DNA of 9,181 nucleotides from a virus (Duplodnaviria; Heunggongvirae; Uroviricota; Caudoviricetes): IMG/VR virus record IMGVR_UViG_2548877011_000016; one strand, 5' to 3'. Shown piece by piece: positions 5,767 to 9,181 of this stretch (position 1 is its first letter; each line of letters starts with the position of its first letter). The notes under the pieces were generated by a model. It saw only the letters and a program-made list of their open reading frames with translations, ran no database searches and was not told where the DNA came from. The position numbers and the translations under genes were made by a program.

Positions 5767-5981
5767 AACCCCCCCCCATTTTCACAATCAGCAACAAGAA
5801 TATTTTTAGCGTCATTCAGCGACCGCGTTGCGATGTATCGGATACATTCCAGGGCGAACTGTGTCCGGTCTTTCTGTTCTTCTCCCTGCGCAAGCTCTGC
5901 AGTGCATTCAATATCGATAAGCGCGTGCATCAGCGTAGTGAGCGCGGCGGCTGCTGCGTCCGGTGTGGTTTTATTGCACAT
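5739..5981 (-). CDS. Hypothetical protein (80 aa from the ATG at 5981); 3' end contains the G9 tract
   Basis: ATG at 5981 is preceded by AGGAGG with a 6-nt spacer and overlaps the stop of the Icd-like gene by 11 nt. The C-terminus ...ENGGGLCVMIVLIP is encoded across the G9 tract. The track ORF 5739..6023 starts at an upstream codon without an RBS. Confidence 0.5.
   Translation of the reverse strand: MCNKTTPDAAAAALTTLMHALIDIECTAELAQGEEQKDRTQFALECIRYIATRSLNDAKNILVADCENGGGLCVMIVLIP
5769..5777. repeat. Homopolymeric C9 (G9 on the coding strand) at the junction of two overlapping ORFs
   Basis: Nine consecutive C at 5769-5777 on the plus strand. One extra G would fuse ORF 5739..5981 in frame with ORF 5545..5766. 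Confidence 0.9.
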
Positions 5982-6531
5982 GGCACACCTCCTGACGAAT
6001 ACGGGCGGCGAATACAGCAACACAACCGGACGGGCAACGGCTACGCGCTTCGCGTTCCGTCCAGGCGGTTACGTGGATGATTTGATGTTCTGACGCGCCA
6101 AAGATGATAAAGCGCCAGAGAAAGGCGGTTTGAGAATGTACAAGGGTAGGGATAGTAGCCATGTTGGCAGCCTCCTCAGTGTGGTTAAGATAACCGCCAC
6201 CGGAAACGCCAATTTCGCTGGTGGCGGACTGTGCAGGGTTGGCGTAACCGGACACTGAAGAAACCGGCGCGGATTGCTCCGCCCCCGTACAGCCCACCAT
6301 TGATAAGGTGTGACTATGCGGCACAAAAAAACACGCGGGGCGCGTGTTATGCGCTTCAGTTTTGCCCAGGACGCCAATCCCGGCACCCGTTTTATGAGGT
6401 GCGCGGGAATCATAGCTATTTTCGACACTGGCGATCAACTGGTTTTTTTCTCCGATATTCAGGGCCAGAAAACGCCACACAAAGGCCGTTTGTGTGTGTA
6501 CAAGGTGTGGTATATGATTTACGGCAACCAT
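5971..6531 (-). CDS. Icd-like small protein with internal duplication (186 aa; complete C-terminal module may be expressed alone from an internal ATG at 6162)
   Basis: ATG at 6531 is preceded by AGGAG with a 5-nt spacer. Two paralogous modules share LVH(T/S)QTAF(V/L)WRF: residues 1-45 and the C-terminal 63 aa (MATIPTLVHSQTAFLWRFIIFGASEHQIIHVTAWTEREARSRCPSGCVAVFAARIRQEVCHVQ). The latter has its own GAGGAGG 8 nt upstream of the ATG at 6162. The pattern F.W.F...A.TE.EAR...FA.R...V resembles P4-type Icd-like proteins by recall. The track ORF starts at an upstream GTG without an RBS. Confidence 0.55.
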   Translation of the reverse strand: MVAVNHIPHLVHTQTAFVWRFLALNIGEKNQLIASVENSYDSRAPHKTGAGIGVLGKTEAHNTRPACFFVPHSHTLSMVGCTGAEQSAPVSSVSGYANPAQSATSEIGVSGGGYLNHTEEAANMATIPTLVHSQTAFLWRFIIFGASEHQIIHVTAWTEREARSRCPSGCVAVFAARIRQEVCHVQ

Positions 6532-6665
6532 AACGGCTCCTAGTTTACGTTGTTGGTTAGAAGCCCTGCGAGTGGTAATGACACTTGCGGGGCTTTGCTT
6601 TTTTAAGTGCTCTTGTGTTAAGGTGACCACCTAACAATGGAAAGGCTAATTCAATAGGTGACCAC
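6532..6665. promoter_or_regulatory. Divergent control region with two AGGTGACCAC boxes (candidate operators)
   Basis: Identical 10-mers AGGTGACCAC at 6621-6630 and 6656-6665, 35 bp apart, each containing the palindromic core GGTGACC. They lie between the leftward early operon (start 6531) and the rightward RHH gene (start 6666). A minus-strand TTGACA (plus 6666-6671) abuts the second box. Confidence 0.5.
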
Positions 6666-6857
6666 TTGTCAACAATCAAACGCGATAAAAGCCCTAAAGG
6701 GGACGGGCAATCCCCACAATTCAGAATGCGAATTTCTCCAGAGCTAAAAGAGCAATTCGACAAAGAAGCACAGAGCGACGGCATAAGCCTAGCCAACTGG
6801 CTTAAAGAGTTGGGGCGCACTGAACTAAAGCGGCGCGGCATAGAACCCAAAGGATAA
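6666..6857 (+). CDS. Ribbon-helix-helix (CopG/Arc-like) DNA-binding protein, candidate island repressor or antitoxin (63 aa from TTG)
   Basis: TTG start at 6666 is preceded by AGGTG with a 5-nt spacer; an in-frame stop lies at 6660-6662. The only ATG (6726) would cut the predicted N-terminal strand. Sequence ...QFRMRISPELKEQFDKEAQSDGISLANWLKELGRTELKRRG fits the RHH strand-helix-helix pattern. It is the only convincing plus-strand gene in the island. Confidence 0.55.
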   Translation: MSTIKRDKSPKGDGQSPQFRMRISPELKEQFDKEAQSDGISLANWLKELGRTELKRRGIEPKG

Positions 6858-6899
6858 AAACTATCAGCGCCGTGGTGTGAGGTATTACGGCGCATTGCT

Positions 6900-7088
6900 A
6901 TGCAGGACAACACAATGACCGATAAAGAATTGACCAAAACATTATCACCGGCACGGAAAAGACGGCGCAGAAAGATAGAGCATGAATCAGAAAGATTCGC
7001 ACCATGTGCTTTTGCCCTTGAGCAATTCCTTAAAGAGTATAGGGAAAAGCGCTCATTGCAGGTATGGCAACGAACTGAACCAGACTGA
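6900..7088 (+). CDS. Possible small highly basic protein (62 aa; 57 aa if it starts at ATG 6915)
   Basis: Open frame between the RHH gene and the plus-strand terminator at 7184-7210; AGGA lies 7 nt upstream of the ATG at 6915. Sequence MTDKELTKTLSPARKRRRRKIEHESERFAPCAFALEQFLKEYREKRSLQVWQRTEPD. No family recognised; it could be non-coding 3' UTR. Confidence 0.25.
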   Translation: MQDNTMTDKELTKTLSPARKRRRRKIEHESERFAPCAFALEQFLKEYREKRSLQVWQRTEPD

Positions 7089-7183
7089 TTGCATTGCCCA
7101 CCAGCCTGATAGCGGCTATCATCCCCGTGCTTATGTTTGGGATCACATACACATAAGGCGCAGCGGGTTAATTGTTCAGAAAG

Positions 7184-7210
7184 GCGGCTCCATATCGGGG
7201 CCGCTTTTTT
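7184..7210 (+). terminator. Rho-independent terminator for the plus-strand RHH transcript
   Basis: Stem GCGGCTCC (7184-7191) / GGGGCCGC (7197-7204), 8 bp with one G-U wobble, loop ATATC, then T6 (7205-7210). It is convergent with the end of alpA (7237). Confidence 0.7.
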
Positions 7211-7236
7211 CGTGTTTGTCATATCTGTGATACCCG

Positions 7237-7443
7237 TTAAGCAGCCGTTCCGCGTGCTTCCTGTTCGCGTTCTTTCTGCCAGGCCAACACATCATCCTCA
7301 TACCATCCGCGACGGCGTAAACCAGCGCGAAAACCCTGCGGAAATTCTCCGGCGTTGATCATGCTTTGCAGCGTGCTGTCTGCCTTGATGTGGATAATTT
7401 TTTTTACTTCCTGGCGAAAGATAATTTTTCTGATTGCTTCCAT
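7237..7443 (-). CDS. alpA: AlpA-family transcriptional regulator (phage/satellite excision activator-like), 68 aa
   Basis: ATG at 7443 is preceded by AAGGT with an 8-nt spacer. Sequence ...IIHIKADSTLQSMINAGEFPQGFRAGLRRRGWYEDDVLAWQ matches the AlpA-type HTH pattern (hydrophobic core, FP, G.R..GW.E.eV..W) by recall. Position next to a P4-type integrase is typical. Confidence 0.75.
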   Translation of the reverse strand: MEAIRKIIFRQEVKKIIHIKADSTLQSMINAGEFPQGFRAGLRRRGWYEDDVLAWQKEREQEARGTAA

Positions 7444-7576
7444 CGTGATTTACCTTGTGAATCCGGTGTATTCCGGTGACAAATACGGTAAATCATCGGA
7501 TATGGGTAAAAACAGTTCCCACCGTTTTTAAACGGTATACACCGTTTTTTATATTGATGATTTGAAATGGAATTAT
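7444..7576. promoter_or_regulatory. alpA upstream control region with three ACCGTTT/AAACGGT boxes and two TCCGGTG direct repeats
   Basis: ACCGTTT (7521-7527), AAACGGT (7530-7536) and ACCGTTT (7541-7547) form overlapping inverted repeats; TCCGGTG occurs at 7462-7468 and 7472-7478. No unambiguous -35/-10 pair could be assigned by eye. Confidence 0.45.
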
Positions 7577-7600
7577 AAAAAAAGCGGCATTTCTGCCGCT
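7577..7600 (-). terminator. Rho-independent terminator after the int-proximal small gene
   Basis: Perfect stem AGCGGCA (7583-7589) / TGCCGCT (7594-7600), loop TTTC, preceded on the plus strand by an A-run (7577-7583), which is a U-run after the hairpin on the minus strand. It begins about 10 nt after the stop of gene 7611..7862. Confidence 0.7.
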
Positions 7601-7610
7601 TCCAGGATTG

Positions 7611-7862
7611 TTACCGCCATTTTTTGGGCCTGCCTCCGATCTTCATAGATGCCGGACGTACGACCTTATCAATACTTACCGCCAGATTTCTGGAAGCGCC
7701 ACGGGATACCAGAAAGTCTACTACCTGTTTTTTTGATGGGGCCGTCGTTCTGTCCTCCGGATCGTAGGTTGACCAAAATTCATGCTGAACCATCAGGGCC
7801 AGTTGCAGCCCGTCGCAATTGCATCTGATATTTTTTTGCATCTTAACGGTTTCATGTTTCAC
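7611..7862 (-). CDS. Hypothetical small basic protein downstream of the integrase (83 aa from GTG; 76 aa from ATG 7841), possibly DNA-binding
   Basis: Minus-strand ORF between the integrase stop and a strong terminator. C-terminus ...QVVDFLVSRGASRNLAVSIDKVVRPASMKIGGRPKKWR is basic and HTH-like. No strong RBS at either start; family not recognised. Confidence 0.45.
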   Translation of the reverse strand: MKHETVKMQKNIRCNCDGLQLALMVQHEFWSTYDPEDRTTAPSKKQVVDFLVSRGASRNLAVSIDKVVRPASMKIGGRPKKWR

Positions 7863-7939
7863 GGCCTTGTCGTTAAATTTGATGCAATTATACGACGGTT
7901 TTACATGGTTTTCGTAGTTTTTACTGGTTTTCTGTACAG

Positions 7940-9181
7940 CTACACGGCTCGGATACCCCTTTTACCACTGGCGAGGGTTACGCCCGTCGCCGCAGCCTCG
8001 ACAAATTCGCCCCACCAGCGCATCAGCACGATGCGTTTTTCTATGTAGTTGCTCCGGTTGTATGCCCGTCTAACTTCGTTGGTGTCGACGTGGGCAAGTG
8101 CCGCCTCTATTACGTCCGGCTCGAATCCTTCCTCGTTCGCTGCTGTGCTGAATATGGCGCGTAATCCATGAGACACCAGCACGCCAGCGAATCCCATACG
8201 CCGCAATGCTGCGTTAGCTGTCTGGCTGTTCATCGGCTGCTGTGGGTCTTTCAGACTTGGGAAAACGTAATTGCGGTGGTGGCTGATTGGTTTCATGGCC
8301 TCCAGCACCGCCATAGCCTGACCGGAAAGCGGGATAACGTGATCCCTGCGCATCTTCATACGTCCGGCAGGTATCGTCCATTGCTTCGCGTCCAGGTTGA
8401 TTTCATCCCACCGCGTTGATGACGCTTCGGCGGGACGGGTTACGGTCAGTAACTGCCATTCAATCAGTAATCTGGTCTGCCGTTCTGTTGCCGATACTGA
8501 TAAAGCCTGCATAAGCTCCGGCAGCTGTTCGGGGCGGATTGTTGGCATATGTTTTTTTACAGGTGAGGGAAACGCCTTACGCACATTCATAGCCGGATTG
8601 GCATCAATCAGCCCACTGTTGGCGGCGTAATCCATTACCTCATTAACGCGCTGTAAAACCCGCTTGAGTGTTTCCAGGTTGCCGCGCTCCTTGATGGGGG
8701 TAAGCACTTCAACGAACCTTCGGGCGGTGAGGGTATCTATTGGCGTGTTGCCGATGAACGGGAATACATATTTATCCAGCGAACGCCAGATGTCTTTAAT
8801 CGTGTTGGGGGCCAGATTCTGGCTGATTTTCACCTGGTACCATGCCGCCGCCACATTTTCGAACGTGTTCCCTTGTCTTCGGGCCTCTGTCTCTCTTTTT
8901 TGCCTCTCGTGGTCCTGCGGGTCAGTTCCGGCACTGATTAACGTCCTGTACTCGCTACGGCGTTTTCTGGCATCAGCCAGGGAAACATCTTCAAGCGATC
9001 CAAAACTCAGCAATATTCTTTTTTTGTCCGATGGTCGGTAGTAGGAAAATCTCCAGAGTTTTGATCCAGACGGTTTGACCAGGAGAAAAAGCCCTCCGCC
9101 GTCCTGCAGGGTGTACTCCTTTTGCGCTGGTCTGGCTGCTTTGATCTGCACTGTGGTTAATGGGTGTGTTTTTCTCGCCAT
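7940..9181 (-). CDS. int: Tyrosine recombinase, P4-type integrase (413 aa); start codon at the window edge
   Basis: N-terminus ...TTVQIKAARPAQKEYTLQDGGGLFLLVKPSGSKLWRFSYY... is the P4-integrase arm-binding signature. The C-terminal catalytic region contains R (TVTRPAE), HxxR (HGLRAIFST) and the tyrosine motif (RAYNRSNYIEKR). The ATG occupies the last 3 nt of the window, so promoter and att site are outside. Confidence 0.95.
   Translation of the reverse strand: MARKTHPLTTVQIKAARPAQKEYTLQDGGGLFLLVKPSGSKLWRFSYYRPSDKKRILLSFGSLEDVSLADARKRRSEYRTLISAGTDPQDHERQKRETEARRQGNTFENVAAAWYQVKISQNLAPNTIKDIWRSLDKYVFPFIGNTPIDTLTARRFVEVLTPIKERGNLETLKRVLQRVNEVMDYAANSGLIDANPAMNVRKAFPSPVKKHMPTIRPEQLPELMQALSVSATERQTRLLIEWQLLTVTRPAEASSTRWDEINLDAKQWTIPAGRMKMRRDHVIPLSGQAMAVLEAMKPISHHRNYVFPSLKDPQQPMNSQTANAALRRMGFAGVLVSHGLRAIFSTAANEEGFEPDVIEAALAHVDTNEVRRAYNRSNYIEKRIVLMRWWGEFVEAAATGVTLASGKRGIRAV

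Larger units (their letters stand above)
593..9181 (-). mobile_element. Integrative phage-satellite-like island (PICI/P4-type: int, alpA, RHH regulator, RepA-like helicase with iteron origin, TerS-like, capsid-like); right end beyond window, left end uncertain (about 593-968)
   Basis: Gene content and order are read from the sequence; nearly all genes are on one strand with coupled overlaps. The left limit is placed after the bidirectional terminator following the beta-barrel gene. The att repeats could not be identified because the integration-site end is outside the window. Confidence 0.65.

Noticed and set aside
6231-6543. Plus-strand ORFs 6231..6533 and 6310..6543 inside the Icd-like gene
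   Set aside because: They are antisense to a minus-strand gene with two strong RBSs, start at GTG without an RBS, and show no protein-like features.
6557-7222. 221-aa minus-strand ORF spanning the RHH gene region
   Set aside because: Cys/Ser/Arg-rich low-complexity translation with no RBS, antisense to the RHH gene and running through a plus-strand terminator. Likely spurious.
7782-9041. Plus-strand ORFs antisense to the integrase (7782..8048, 8168..8419, 8397..8630, 8664..9041)
   Set aside because: The integrase frame on the minus strand is unambiguous, and these antisense frames have no RBS or recognisable features.

Overview
This window is almost entirely an integrative phage-satellite-like island (PICI/P4-type), with its tyrosine integrase at the right edge (7940-9181, minus strand; the att site and any tRNA lie beyond 9181). 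Leftward on the minus strand the genes run: integrase, a small basic protein, an AlpA-family regulator, a duplicated Icd-like small protein, four translationally coupled small ORFs of unknown function, a RepA-like hexameric helicase followed directly by an iteron/AT-rich putative origin, several small proteins, a small-terminase-like protein whose gene and leader carry a phased GTAAC repeat array, and an HK97-fold major-capsid-like protein. The only convincing plus-strand gene inside the island is a ribbon-helix-helix regulator (6666-6857), which is divergent from the early operon and has two GGTGACCAC boxes in its control region. The left flank (1-498) is the 3' end of an outer-membrane beta-barrel (autotransporter-type) gene interrupted by one in-frame TGA, followed by a strong hairpin terminator. 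The most interesting candidate system is the capsid/packaging hijack module (TerS-like, capsid-like, putative pac repeats) combined with the unannotated small-ORF cargo. All family assignments come from motif recognition by eye and recall; no database search was run.
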